A stretch of DNA of 64,000 nt. It comes from a virus (lineage: Duplodnaviria > Caudoviricetes). Shown piece by piece: positions 34,328-44,719 of the stretch. The stretch lies in IMG/VR virus record IMGVR_UViG_3300042901_002137, positions 5,865 to 69,864 of that record; one strand, 5' to 3'. Under the pieces are notes generated by a model. That model worked only from the letters and a program-made list of their open reading frames with translations. It did no database searches and had not been told where the DNA came from. How positions within the stretch are numbered: the stretch's first letter is position 1; each line of letters starts with the position of its first letter. The position numbers and the translations under genes are program-made.

Positions 34328-35233
34328 ATGAAAAAAAATAATTTAATCAATTTAATTTTATACAACAATGAACCCGAACTTTTGGAAAAGAGGATGTCGT
34401 ACTACGAGGGGGTTGTTAATGAATTCATTATAATTGATATAAAAACTTTGGGCATTTCATATGATGAGGTTCTTAAATCAAATTATGTTAAAGATTTGAT
34501 TAAATCAATTCCTAATTTGAATTTTGATGACATGTTTTGGTTATCAAAGGTGAATGAGATTATTCCCAAAGAACTAATCCACGAAATAAAAACATATAGT
34601 GATTTTGATGTTTATAATCACACAATACTAAATTGGTCCGATAACTTATCACTCAACAGAATCATCATGGGTTCGTGTGTGTTTTCATATTCCAGTGTTT
34701 TACGGAATAAGAAATTATTTGAAGAGATAAGTTTTTATTATACTCAACCTTACAATATAATCCGAAACAAGTTATTAGGTTATAGTTTGATTGGATTCCA
34801 AAACTTAAATGAATTGTCTGATTTCTTAAATGTGTTTTATGGGTTGAATTTCACTATTCAAGAATTGTTGGATTTTAAAATAAACATGATATCGGTTGAC
34901 CCAATAAATAAACCTTTGGTGTTGAAAGACATTCATTGTAAACTTGGGGGACATTTTAACATTAATTTTGAACCGCGACCACCAAAGAATTTTGATGTTA
35001 TAATTGAAGAGGAAGGTTTTTGGATTAATTCAAAATTTTATAAGAATGACTGTCCAAAAAACTATGTTTTGGGAACCAAAATGGATTATATCAAAAATGA
35101 ATTGTTGTTTTTATTGCAAAGTCATTTTGTTCTTGATGATGACACACTTGTTATAAAAAACAAAACCGAAGATAAGTCCTCGGTTTTGAAATATATTAAT
35201 TTTAAAAATTCTATCCCTTCAGAGATTACATAA
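34328..35233 (+). CDS. divergent GT17-like glycosyltransferase
   Basis: LYNNEPELLEKRM.YY..VVNEFII resembles GT17 N-terminus; DxD region looks degenerate. Confidence 0.45.
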   Translation: MKKNNLINLILYNNEPELLEKRMSYYEGVVNEFIIIDIKTLGISYDEVLKSNYVKDLIKSIPNLNFDDMFWLSKVNEIIPKELIHEIKTYSDFDVYNHTILNWSDNLSLNRIIMGSCVFSYSSVLRNKKLFEEISFYYTQPYNIIRNKLLGYSLIGFQNLNELSDFLNVFYGLNFTIQELLDFKINMISVDPINKPLVLKDIHCKLGGHFNINFEPRPPKNFDVIIEEEGFWINSKFYKNDCPKNYVLGTKMDYIKNELLFLLQSHFVLDDDTLVIKNKTEDKSSVLKYINFKNSIPSEIT

Positions 35234-36068
35234 AATTCTTCATTCTCTGTATCATCTCCAAAATTTGTTTTCTTTCAGATTTGGCTTCAGTCAATTCTTC
35301 CCAATCTTCACCTTCATCACCATCATCATAGTTTGGGTAAGACTCACCACCCTCTGAACCATCTGAGTAAAAATCATAACCTGGTTCTGATTTTCCTAAG
35401 TCCATATCATTTTCGGTATCTTGACCTAAACCTTCATCACCCATTCTGTTAACGTCACCAGCATCGTGTTGGAACGTGTCTGATGGTTCATCTCTAAATG
35501 CAAATCCATCTGATACGTCAAACATATCCGCCAAGTCATCACTTGGGTCATATCTTTCAACATCCTCCATTGAATCATAGTCGTGATGTGGGTGTTCTTT
35601 ATCATAATCATGTAAAGTACCGTAAACATCCTCAGGACCGTGAGATTGGAATTGGTATGCCGACTCTACAGAATCATACTGCTCGTCAGTTTCACCCTCT
35701 TCTTCAATGTAATCAACATGAGCTTTTGGGTCAATGTCTTCAACGGTGTCTAATTCTTGACCATACATTTGTTCGTTAACACTACCACATTGTTCACAAA
35801 CATTTTCTACCATACCACCTCCACATTGTTCACACATTTCTTTACTAACAGATTCGTTAATACCCATGTTAGTGTATTTCATAACCTCTCCTCTATTATT
35901 GACCGTAAGACCACTTTTGTCATTTGCAAAGTCTTGGGTGTAGAGAGGTTGTATTTTCTCCATAGCGGCGGGGTTCAAGGTTTGATACCCATTATACAAC
36001 TCTTTGTGTTGTGTTAAAATATTCTCTCTTTCGTTTTCCGAAGGACTCCAAACTGCAAAATGTGCCAT
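35226..36068 (-). CDS. acidic protein with zinc ribbon
   Basis: CEQCG..CEQCG; INES and LTEA sites; TATTTAT 36086-36092. Confidence 0.7.
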   Translation of the reverse strand: MAHFAVWSPSENERENILTQHKELYNGYQTLNPAAMEKIQPLYTQDFANDKSGLTVNNRGEVMKYTNMGINESVSKEMCEQCGGGMVENVCEQCGSVNEQMYGQELDTVEDIDPKAHVDYIEEEGETDEQYDSVESAYQFQSHGPEDVYGTLHDYDKEHPHHDYDSMEDVERYDPSDDLADMFDVSDGFAFRDEPSDTFQHDAGDVNRMGDEGLGQDTENDMDLGKSEPGYDFYSDGSEGGESYPNYDDGDEGEDWEELTEAKSERKQILEMIQRMKNFM

Positions 36069-36141
36069 ATATGATTACTTTCTTAATAAATACTTTCATA
36101 CTCACATTTGTTTTATAATTCAATTTTACTATCTTTGTCCT

Positions 36142-36393
36142 ATGGATATTGAAGAAATCAAAGAACGTGCTGAGGGAGCTATCTTATTGGATGGTCTTGA
36201 TGACGCAATAATTGGTATGGCGGAAGAATTCGGTAATGGTTATCGGATTGTATATTCCAAATCAAAAATCTATGAAATATTAATGAACCGTGATGGTATG
36301 ACTGAGGAGGATGCAATTGAATTTTATGATTACAATATTCTCGGATTGTATGCATCCCCACAAAACGCCATTTTCATGGAAGACACTTTTTAA
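36142..36393 (+). CDS. conserved phage hypothetical protein
   Basis: LLDGLDDAIIG...DGMTEEDAIEF..YNI.G; TATCTTTG 36130-36137; start trimmed to MDIEE. Confidence 0.8.
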   Translation: MDIEEIKERAEGAILLDGLDDAIIGMAEEFGNGYRIVYSKSKIYEILMNRDGMTEEDAIEFYDYNILGLYASPQNAIFMEDTF

Positions 36394-36404
36394 ATTTACT
36401 AAAA

Positions 36405-36629
36405 ATGATTATACTCAACTTTAACACAACAACTAAGACCGCAAAAGTTTACGACGGCTCTCAAAACATGATTAACCCAACAATCATTCAAGTTTTCAGT
36501 GATGTACCAACAGTTCAAGTTCGTACTGAAGGATTTTATGAAATTATGCAAGAACGCACACAAGGTGAACAACGTATTCCTGTTTGTCGTCTACCAATTC
36601 AAAATACTTTGATGCAGATTGAAAAATAA
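36405..36629 (+). CDS. hypothetical protein
   Basis: 74-aa ORF. Confidence 0.65.
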   Translation: MIILNFNTTTKTAKVYDGSQNMINPTIIQVFSDVPTVQVRTEGFYEIMQERTQGEQRIPVCRLPIQNTLMQIEK

Positions 36630-36645
36630 TTAGTATCTTTGTTCC

Positions 36646-37740
36646 ATGGAACTTTCGTTAAACATACTAAACAAATACCACGAGGAAGGACTGTTGTACA
36701 AACAAGTACATCCGACTTTACCGTTGACTATTTGGAACTACTCAGAAAAAGTTCAGTATGAAGGTCTATGGGACGAGGTTACCATGTCTTGTCGTGGACT
36801 AATCACCGACAATGTAGGAAACATAGTTGTTCAACCATTCAAAAAATTCTTCAATTATGAAGAGTTGGTTGGTAAGGGTGTAATACCTGAAAAAGGTGAT
36901 TATGTCTATGTTCAAGAAAAAATAGACGGGTCTTTGGGTATCTTGTTCAACTATGATGATGAGTGGATTATGGCAACTCGTGGTTCCTTTACCTCAGAAC
37001 AAGCCGTAATGGGACTTGAAATTGTAAAAGAAAAATACTTTTTGGATTCTTGGATGAAGGAATACGCCTACTTGTTGGAAATTATTTATCCTGAAAACCG
37101 TATCGTTGTTAATTACGGAGTTGAGAAAGTGACATTTCTATCTGCAGTGTTGAATGGGACTTACAAGTGGAATTCCACTGATGATACCGAACTACATTGG
37201 AGTACCTCTCTTATGATATTTAAATCTAATGGAATCCACGAGTCAGATGTTGTAAAGACTGAACAACACTTCAATTTTTCAGACGAACTTTACAAAAGTT
37301 TGAAAGAAAAGAATGAAACCAATAAAGAAGGTTTTGTTTTGAGGTTCCAACCAGGAAACTTTAGAATGAAAATCAAATTTGAAGAGTATGTTCGTTTACA
37401 TAAGATAATGACTAATTTATCAACAACCGCAGTTTGGGAAGTATTATCTAATGGTGGAAACATGGATGAATTACTTAAAGATGTACCTGATGAGTTCTAT
37501 GGTAAAATCAAAGAGTATGAAGATGAACTTAAGTTTATGTTCAACTCATTGAGTAATGATTATGGTATTCACTTTAGAGATATCCAAAACATGATGGATA
37601 AGGTTGGTGGTGACCGTAAGAACTTTGCAAATGTTGCAAAACAATACAAATACCCGTCATTATTGTTTGGGATGTTGGATGGTAAAGATGTTTCACCTAT
37701 TATTTGGAAAATTGTAAAACCTGAATTTAAAAAATTATAA
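36646..37740 (+). CDS. T4 Rnl1-like RNA ligase
   Basis: CRGL, FKKFFN, EKIDGSL, ATRGSF, EIIYPENRIV, EGFV, KIK motifs; TATCTTTG 36634-36641. Confidence 0.9.
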   Translation: MELSLNILNKYHEEGLLYKQVHPTLPLTIWNYSEKVQYEGLWDEVTMSCRGLITDNVGNIVVQPFKKFFNYEELVGKGVIPEKGDYVYVQEKIDGSLGILFNYDDEWIMATRGSFTSEQAVMGLEIVKEKYFLDSWMKEYAYLLEIIYPENRIVVNYGVEKVTFLSAVLNGTYKWNSTDDTELHWSTSLMIFKSNGIHESDVVKTEQHFNFSDELYKSLKEKNETNKEGFVLRFQPGNFRMKIKFEEYVRLHKIMTNLSTTAVWEVLSNGGNMDELLKDVPDEFYGKIKEYEDELKFMFNSLSNDYGIHFRDIQNMMDKVGGDRKNFANVAKQYKYPSLLFGMLDGKDVSPIIWKIVKPEFKKL

Positions 37741-37743
37741 ATT

Positions 37744-38010
37744 ATGCCTGAGTTTGAGACTTACGTAGATGTTGATGTGGATGAGTTTTGGTCCTTATGT
37801 TCAACAAGAGAAAAAGAAAGTTTTATCGACATGCTTGAAGAAGATGGTTGGGTAAGACGAATATCACCTAAGGGGACTAACCCTTCAGAAAAACTACCTT
37901 CAATTTTGGAAATTGAATGGCAAGATATGTGTAATAAACTATCTGATATTAGACAACGAATTTCTTCTGATGATGAGGAAACGATTAAAAATATACTGAA
38001 GAAATACTAA
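37744..38010 (+). CDS. hypothetical protein
   Basis: 88-aa ORF. Confidence 0.7.
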   Translation: MPEFETYVDVDVDEFWSLCSTREKESFIDMLEEDGWVRRISPKGTNPSEKLPSILEIEWQDMCNKLSDIRQRISSDDEETIKNILKKY

Positions 38011-39038
38011 TGAATACTTTAGACAAACAATATCAAGAACTCCTAAAGACAATTTTAGAGTTTGGTGTAGAAAAAAAAGATAGGACAGGTACTGGAACCA
38101 AATCAATTTTTGGTTACACTATTCGTCATAATATGAGTGAAGGGTTCCCTCTTTTAACAACTAAAAGAATGGGTATTAAAACTCTGACAACAGAACTTAA
38201 ATGGTTCCTTCGTGGTGATACTAATATTAAGTTCCTTGTTGATAATGGTTGTCATATTTGGGATGGTGATGCTTATAAGAGATATTCTATAATTGCCGGT
38301 ATGTCCACTCAAGTTGAGTCATTAACTCAAGACCAATTCATCAACAAAATCAAAACCGATGATGAGTTTGCTAAGAAGTGGGGTGAGTTAGGTCCAATTT
38401 ATGGTAAACAATGGAGAAGTTGGGAAAAGTGGTATGTAGATGAAAATCAAAGATATCTTACATTTACTAAAAAGATAGACCAAATCCAAAACCTAATCAA
38501 CGACCTAAAAACAAACCCAGACTCAAGACGATTGATGGTTAATGCTTGGAATGTAGGTGAATTAGACCAAATGGTTCTTCCACCTTGTCATTATGGATTT
38601 CAAGTTTATACAAGAGAGTTGAGTTGGGGTGAAAGAAGTGATATTTATTATAAAAAATATCCAGTGGGTACTGATGATATTAAGTCTGATGAATATTATG
38701 ATGAATTACACATCCCTAGTAGAGCAATCTCTTTAATGTGGAATCAACGTTCAGTAGATACATTCTTAGGTTTACCATTCAACATTGCATCTTATGGTAT
38801 GTTACTTTTAATGATTGCCAAGGAAGTGAATATGGTTCCCGACCAACTAATTGGCTCATTGGGTGATGTTCATTTGTATCTGAACCATATTGAACAGGCT
38901 GAAGAGCAGATTGAAAGAGAACCTTTTGAATTACCAAAAATGGATGTTATTGAATCAGATATTTTAAATGGTCAATTTGAATATAATTTGTTAGATTATC
39001 AATCACACGGACAAATAAAAGCACCTTTATCAAATTAA
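38010..39038 (+). CDS. thyA: thymidylate synthase
   Basis: DRTGTGT, LGPIYG.QWR, SRR, LPPCH, QRSVD.FLGLPFNIASY, D.HLY.NH. Confidence 0.97.
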   Translation: MNTLDKQYQELLKTILEFGVEKKDRTGTGTKSIFGYTIRHNMSEGFPLLTTKRMGIKTLTTELKWFLRGDTNIKFLVDNGCHIWDGDAYKRYSIIAGMSTQVESLTQDQFINKIKTDDEFAKKWGELGPIYGKQWRSWEKWYVDENQRYLTFTKKIDQIQNLINDLKTNPDSRRLMVNAWNVGELDQMVLPPCHYGFQVYTRELSWGERSDIYYKKYPVGTDDIKSDEYYDELHIPSRAISLMWNQRSVDTFLGLPFNIASYGMLLLMIAKEVNMVPDQLIGSLGDVHLYLNHIEQAEEQIEREPFELPKMDVIESDILNGQFEYNLLDYQSHGQIKAPLSN

Positions 39039-39044
39039 AAAATT

Positions 39045-39287
39045 ATGGATACAAGTTCAATTTCTTTACCACCAACTAAATCTAGCATCGTACAAAGATT
39101 GTTAGATGGGAAGTTAATCACTACAGAAGAAGCGGTAATTCTTCTCATAAACGACCAACCAATTAATTTTCCTGTTTACCCAATTTACCCAACTTACCCA
39201 ATAGGTCCTCCAAACCCTTACTCACCACCTTTTAACCCTCAAATTTGGTATACAAATAGTGTAAATCACAACGACACAAAAAAATAA
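39045..39287 (+). CDS. Pro-rich hypothetical protein
   Basis: 80-aa ORF. Confidence 0.6.
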   Translation: MDTSSISLPPTKSSIVQRLLDGKLITTEEAVILLINDQPINFPVYPIYPTYPIGPPNPYSPPFNPQIWYTNSVNHNDTKK

Positions 39288-39288
39288 T

Positions 39289-39810
39289 ATGGAAAAACCA
39301 TTTATCATTCAACACCCAACCTTTCAAGATGAAAGAGGTAATTTTTGTAGTATTCAAACAAACATGATTAAAGATGTTCGTTTGGATAAAAATTGGGTTC
39401 AGGTTAATACAAGTATTAGTCATGAACCCTACACCATCAGAGGAATGCATTTTCAAATTAATGGGTTTGAACAAACAAAATATCTTAAGGTTGTTTGGGG
39501 TAAAATAATCAACTTCATAATTTGTGTTGATAACAAATTACCTGACTTTGGTAAGAAGTATTTTTTTGAAGTGGATAAAAATCAGGCGGTTTTGGTACCT
39601 AAAGGATATGCAAATGCATTAATAACTTTAGAACCAAATACTATTATCCAATATCTTGTGGATAACACTTACTCACCCGAAAATGAGCGTTCTTTATATT
39701 ACGGTAGTGTTCCTGAGTTTAAATCTATGGTAGATGGTTTTACAAATACCCCTGTGATTTCAGAAAAAGATTTAAATGGTATTTTGTGGGAAGATTGGTC
39801 TAATCAATAG
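39289..39810 (+). CDS. rmlC: dTDP-4-dehydrorhamnose 3,5-epimerase
   Basis: F.DERG.F, Q.N.S.S...TIRGMHFQ, VPKGYA, YLVDN.Y, S.KD. Confidence 0.88.
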   Translation: MEKPFIIQHPTFQDERGNFCSIQTNMIKDVRLDKNWVQVNTSISHEPYTIRGMHFQINGFEQTKYLKVVWGKIINFIICVDNKLPDFGKKYFFEVDKNQAVLVPKGYANALITLEPNTIIQYLVDNTYSPENERSLYYGSVPEFKSMVDGFTNTPVISEKDLNGILWEDWSNQ

Positions 39811-40421
39811 AATAACATCCAAAATGTTGTGAATCTGTTGGCGGCTTTGAAAACAAGTCTTTCAAGATTACGAAAATATTCATCATTATACTCACCTTCT
39901 AAATCATTAATAGATTTAAGTACACCATTAATTAATTCTGATTTAACGTTATCCGCCATTTCAAGAACTTCCTCAAAAGCTTCTTGATTTGGTGGATTTT
40001 CGCCATGATATCTATCTATCCAATCTCTTCCCGAGTAAAGAAACTTTGGAGATTCATACATATTAACAACACCAGATTCTCTCAATTTATTTAAATAATT
40101 GAAGATTAAATCCCTATTGAAATTTTTTCTTAAGTCCCGATTTTGTATCAAAAAATCAATTTGTGCCTCATCTTTACTAATACCATAGTCTTCAGCTTGT
40201 TCTTTGATTGTGTCTTTTATTACCCTATAAACATCCCTACAAGACAATAAACTTAGTGAAGAACCTTCATCCCAGTCAACCCCAATAATATAACATTCGT
40301 CAGTTTCAAATGGGTCTCGGGTTACACTTGTAACGGTACCTTTATCTTTTGTGGATAGGTCTAATTCGTCTTCCATGTAGACTAACATTACCCTATCACC
40401 AATTTTTACTTTAGGATTCAT
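39804..40421 (-). CDS. hypothetical protein
   Basis: 205-aa ORF; TATTTAT 40428-40434. Confidence 0.75.
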   Translation of the reverse strand: MNPKVKIGDRVMLVYMEDELDLSTKDKGTVTSVTRDPFETDECYIIGVDWDEGSSLSLLSCRDVYRVIKDTIKEQAEDYGISKDEAQIDFLIQNRDLRKNFNRDLIFNYLNKLRESGVVNMYESPKFLYSGRDWIDRYHGENPPNQEAFEEVLEMADNVKSELINGVLKSINDLEGEYNDEYFRNLERLVFKAANRFTTFWMLFY

Positions 40422-40455
40422 TTGATTATAAATATATTGAAGTATTTATTAAAAT

Positions 40456-41082
40456 ATGGAGTATCTTATAAGTGAGAGTCAACTCAAATTAATTTTAAGT
40501 GAATCTAATGGTAATGGAAACATTACTGAGGACCTTAAACAAATGTTTGAGTCTGTAAAACAAATGTTAATCACCAACGCAAATGTTTGGGGATTGAATG
40601 CAAAATTTTTAATCACTTGGGGTGCTGCATTGGGTGGTATGATTCTTCCACTAAAAAATTGGCTTGAAGGTCAAGGTGCTAACTTGACACAAGAACAAAT
40701 ATATCTTTTACTTTTAGGTATTGCATCAAATTACTATTACGATAACTCAGATTTTATTAGAAAAGTTGTTGCTAAAATAAAGGATGAAGGATTAATGGAT
40801 ATCTTTAAGAGATTATACTCCAAATCCGAAGAATTAAAAAGAGCTTTAGAAGAGTTTTTACGAACAATTAAAATTAGTGTAAGTACTCAATCATCTATAA
40901 TGAGTTATGCATTTATTTTACCAATACTCAACGACATTTACCATTTATATGATGGTGTAAATCCAAATGAATCACTAAAAATGATTATAAGTAGGATAAT
41001 AGCCTCAGGTGTTGTATTAATTGGTGGTAGTGTCCTAACCACTTTTATTCAAAAAGTTATAAGTAAACTTTCAGGTAATTAA
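40456..41082 (+). CDS. membrane protein with ISE leader
   Basis: MEYLISESQLKLILSES; several TM helices; TATTTAT 40443-40449. Confidence 0.75.
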   Translation: MEYLISESQLKLILSESNGNGNITEDLKQMFESVKQMLITNANVWGLNAKFLITWGAALGGMILPLKNWLEGQGANLTQEQIYLLLLGIASNYYYDNSDFIRKVVAKIKDEGLMDIFKRLYSKSEELKRALEEFLRTIKISVSTQSSIMSYAFILPILNDIYHLYDGVNPNESLKMIISRIIASGVVLIGGSVLTTFIQKVISKLSGN

Positions 41083-41714
41083 GTTATTGTTATTGATGTG
41101 AGAAATGCCCAATCTCCATCATTTACAGTAATAAACTTATTTTCATATTGAGAAAGTAAAAACCCACTCATGTAATTATTGGTCATGTCAACAAAAATGT
41201 GGTTTTGAGCTTCATTTTTAGATATACCATATTTTTCTTTATCAAAATCAACATAAAACGTAAAATCAATTGATTTTAACGTAGAATTTATATCCAAATT
41301 AAAGTCTGACGCTTTTCCTTTATATGGGATAATTTCTTCATCTTTAACTATAGCACCTATAAGGGGTAAACTATTAAACTTATTTAAGGTTTTTTGTTTG
41401 TCCTTATCACTAACGTGATACATTGAATATGTTAATCTTTTACCATCCAAATTATTTGGTCCTGAAAAATTTAATTTAATTTCATAGGCGGTATCCTCAA
41501 TATCCAAAATATCAAAGGCAGCTAAAATTAATTTTTCACAAAAGCCATAGATGTTAAAGGCTAAAAATGTGATATCTTCAGACTGAGTAGCATTTACATA
41601 AAATTCATATACCCCCTCGTCAAAAACAATTTGAGTGAAGACATAAGTTGTACCTCTATCAGTCCATTTATTTCTTGATAGAATTTGTTTTAATATCCTT
41701 GATAAATCAGTCAT
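41079..41714 (-). CDS. hypothetical protein
   Basis: 211-aa ORF. Confidence 0.7.
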   Translation of the reverse strand: MTDLSRILKQILSRNKWTDRGTTYVFTQIVFDEGVYEFYVNATQSEDITFLAFNIYGFCEKLILAAFDILDIEDTAYEIKLNFSGPNNLDGKRLTYSMYHVSDKDKQKTLNKFNSLPLIGAIVKDEEIIPYKGKASDFNLDINSTLKSIDFTFYVDFDKEKYGISKNEAQNHIFVDMTNNYMSGFLLSQYENKFITVNDGDWAFLTSITIT

Positions 41715-42306
41715 TCTTTCCGTAATTTTCTAATAACCTTTTTATCAGTTTATTAACTTCTTTATCGGTAAGATTGTGTTTGTGAGGATATTTTTTAAAC
41801 CAATCTTTCATAACTTTTCTTATCTCAGTTTTTGTTGCTTTACTTTTAGCTTCAAAACCTCTGATTTGTGCTTCTAACTCGTGGGGTTGAGAATAATATT
41901 TAAATGGTTTTTTTGGTATCTTTTTGGGGAACTCAAGTCCACTTTCTTCTTGTAAGAAATGTACAACCTCATGAGTAACTAATTCATGGAGTTCGGGTAC
42001 AACCAATTCTAATATTTCATCTATTGGTTGGTTTGGATTCAACTTAACCTCAACTTTGATTGTTCCTTCACCATCATAGTATTCACCATCAACTTCTGGT
42101 TCAGGTAAAGTTGTGTCGTGAGTAACATCCAATTCCAAAGTAAGGGCGTTCAAATTTTCAAAAATGTATATCCCTTCACCAAGACTATCGTCAGGTAGAT
42201 AAAAGTATCCTGAACGATTTCGTTTGAGTACATTAACAGCGTCGGTAACCAAGGCGTTTGCAATGATTTCCAATTTCTCTAAGTTAGTTTTAACGACCTT
42301 TTTCAT
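41707..42306 (-). CDS. HExxH zinc-metallopeptidase-like protein
   Basis: THEVVHFLQ ... PHELEAQ. Confidence 0.6.
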   Translation of the reverse strand: MKKVVKTNLEKLEIIANALVTDAVNVLKRNRSGYFYLPDDSLGEGIYIFENLNALTLELDVTHDTTLPEPEVDGEYYDGEGTIKVEVKLNPNQPIDEILELVVPELHELVTHEVVHFLQEESGLEFPKKIPKKPFKYYSQPHELEAQIRGFEAKSKATKTEIRKVMKDWFKKYPHKHNLTDKEVNKLIKRLLENYGKND

Positions 42307-42572
42307 TCTACTTCTTCAATTGATACTACCAAGTTACCATTTCCTTTAATAACTCTGTGCCAAGCAAATTTAGGTATAAATAACTTATCGTTCACATTTA
42401 ATTTGTTTGGCAAATCATCATCCATTTGAAACATCCAATTATCGGACTCTAAAATAGTTACCCACCTGTCTTTCAAATCAAAGTGCCATTTTAGTTCCTC
42501 GTCATCAACATTTTCTTGAAATGTTCTGACAAGATTACCATCACTTATGATTTGTTCAAACGGGAAATCCAT
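42303..42572 (-). CDS. small cupin-like protein
   Basis: LKWHFD...FIPKF.WHRVIKG. Confidence 0.65.
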   Translation of the reverse strand: MDFPFEQIISDGNLVRTFQENVDDEELKWHFDLKDRWVTILESDNWMFQMDDDLPNKLNVNDKLFIPKFAWHRVIKGNGNLVVSIEEVE

Positions 42573-43189
42573 TACCAAGAATTACCTGAGGATAAACCTA
42601 ACTGTTTAGCGTAACGTCCAACATTACAAGACCAGTATCCTGCAGTTGTTCTATCTTTCTTTTGGTCACACTTGTGTCTTGCTCTGAATGATTTTGCGGC
42701 ACCCTTGTTGTTATTTCTAACTCTCAGGTTTGGGTCACCAAATGTTACTTTTTTAATTCCACCACCAGGTGTTTTTACATATACAGCAAATTTCTTTGGT
42801 CCACCAGATGTTCTAAATGGTTTATTCAATTTAACATTTTTTCCTCTGTGTTTAGCCTCTTCTAAAACCTCATCTTCATCAACTAAAAATGGTGCATCCA
42901 AATATACTTCTTGTCCTTCAATAATAATGGCTTTACCTAAATCTGATTCAATCATTAAAGTATCTTCCTCATTCAATTCAATTAAATCTTGTTTGTATAA
43001 ATCCCTAACCTCATTAACCAAATTAAAATAACCTGTTGAATATACTCTATAGATGTTATTGGTTAGCGATAGATTATTCTCAATGTGGTAGTTTAAACTT
43101 TCAGATATTTTAACATCCTCTTTGAGAACCAAAGTTGGGTTTTCCTTATCCTCAACATACTCTCTTAATATTTCTAATATGTTTTTCAT
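42572..43189 (-). CDS. conserved T4-like phage protein
   Basis: KLNKP..KKF.VYVK...FGDP...SFRARH.C...YWSC; TATTTAT 43205-43211; start trimmed to MKNILE. Confidence 0.75.
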   Translation of the reverse strand: MKNILEILREYVEDKENPTLVLKEDVKISESLNYHIENNLSLTNNIYRVYSTGYFNLVNEVRDLYKQDLIELNEEDTLMIESDLGKAIIIEGQEVYLDAPFLVDEDEVLEEAKHRGKNVKLNKPFRTSGGPKKFAVYVKTPGGGIKKVTFGDPNLRVRNNNKGAAKSFRARHKCDQKKDRTTAGYWSCNVGRYAKQLGLSSGNSW

Positions 43190-43258
43190 AAACACTATTT
43201 TATTATAAATACTAACTAACCTTATTGTGTATTGTATAGTTTTTACTATCTTTGTGAT

Positions 43259-43831
43259 ATGGAAAAACTTAAAAACTTGTATTGGGATGTATGGAGGTGG
43301 TTTAGATGGGAAGCAAAACATCTACCCAGAGAGATTGTCCAAGGATTTAAAAATCTTTGGAAGTGGTTTCCTATTATATGGAAAGACCGTGATTGGGATG
43401 ATTTTTATATTTTTGAAGTATTAAAGAAAAAGATTAAAAACACCGCAGATTACACCGAAAAGAAACAAAGGTTTGTTGGTTGGGAAAAAGAGGTTCATTA
43501 CATGAGAATCTGTGTCAAGTTAATTGACCGAATTAAAGAAGAATACTATCAACATGAGTATTGGGATTATTATGATATAGAATGTCATTTCACACCTATT
43601 GAAGGGACCGATAAGTTTGAGTGGAATAGTAAACCAACCAAGAATGAGTTAGAGACTTATATTTCAATGTATCCTCACGCACATCGTAGATTGATGCAAG
43701 ATAAAAAGTTAGGTAACTATAAAGATAAGGAGTATTCAATTGCGTTGGGTATGGGAATTATTCGTCACCGAAAAGCAAAGAAACTTTTGTTTCGTATTTT
43801 GGAAGAACGTGTTGAAAGTTGGTGGGACTAA
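43259..43831 (+). CDS. hypothetical protein
   Basis: TATCTTTG 43247-43254; W..I.W.DRDWD pattern. Confidence 0.75.
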   Translation: MEKLKNLYWDVWRWFRWEAKHLPREIVQGFKNLWKWFPIIWKDRDWDDFYIFEVLKKKIKNTADYTEKKQRFVGWEKEVHYMRICVKLIDRIKEEYYQHEYWDYYDIECHFTPIEGTDKFEWNSKPTKNELETYISMYPHAHRRLMQDKKLGNYKDKEYSIALGMGIIRHRKAKKLLFRILEERVESWWD

Positions 43832-43987
43832 TAATTATAGAATATGGGATTTTTAATATTTTTTTTGATTATGCTCCCAATAAGTTATTTATGGGTTAGA
43901 GGGATTGATTACATGAAAAAAAATCATCCTGATTATAATGGTGATGATTTTATTTAATTTTTAGAAAAAAAGTAGTATATTTGTGAT

Positions 43988-44680
43988 ATGAAAATCACAT
44001 TTATCTCCGATACCCACAACAAACACGCTCAGGTGACATCAAGTCTTCCTGGTGGTGATTTGTTAATTCACGCGGGTGATATGAGTTCCATGGGTCATAA
44101 ACACGAAATCCAACAGTTCCTTAAGTGGTTCAATGGTTTGAATAACTATACCCATAAGATTTTCATCGCTGGTAACCACGATTGGGGGTTTCAAGAAAAC
44201 CCTGTAATGTGTAAAGAGCAGTTGGATTTTTACGACAAGGTGACTTATCTCCAAGATAATCTTGAAGTTATTGGTGAGGACTACGAAACTGCAGTTAAAG
44301 TTTATGGGTCTCCATGGCAACCTGAGTTTTATAATTGGGCGTTCAATCTTCCGAGAATGGGTTGGGAGTTAGGAGTTATGTGGAATGACATACCTATGAA
44401 CACCGACATCTTGGTAACTCACGGACCGGCTTGGGGACACTTGGACACCGTTACCGGACAAGGGGTTCCATTGGGTTGTGAACTTTTGGCGGAACGAATC
44501 AAAGTTGTGAAACCTAAGATTCACGTTTGTGGACACATTCACACCGGTTACGGTTACAAGTTTGTGGATGGAACTCACTACTTTAACGCGGCGGTTTTGG
44601 ATGAAATGTACACATTCACTCAAAAACCAATGACGGTAGAGTGGGACCCCGAAACTAACGAATTGGAATTTGTTGATTAA
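43988..44680 (+). CDS. calcineurin-like metallophosphoesterase
   Basis: ISDTH, HAGD, IAGNHD, VTHGP, CGHIH; TATATTTG 43976-43983. Confidence 0.92.
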   Translation: MKITFISDTHNKHAQVTSSLPGGDLLIHAGDMSSMGHKHEIQQFLKWFNGLNNYTHKIFIAGNHDWGFQENPVMCKEQLDFYDKVTYLQDNLEVIGEDYETAVKVYGSPWQPEFYNWAFNLPRMGWELGVMWNDIPMNTDILVTHGPAWGHLDTVTGQGVPLGCELLAERIKVVKPKIHVCGHIHTGYGYKFVDGTHYFNAAVLDEMYTFTQKPMTVEWDPETNELEFVD

Positions 44681-44704
44681 AAGGTGGGGTAATACCCACC
44701 TTTT
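44679..44704 (+). terminator. intrinsic terminator
   Basis: AAAGGTGGG/CCCACCTTT. Confidence 0.7.
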
Positions 44705-44719
44705 GAGTATTTATTATTG

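Noticed and set aside
38010-39038. ThyA as a base-modifying hydroxymethylase or intron host
   Set aside because: Canonical dUMP-specific motifs and an uninterrupted ORF
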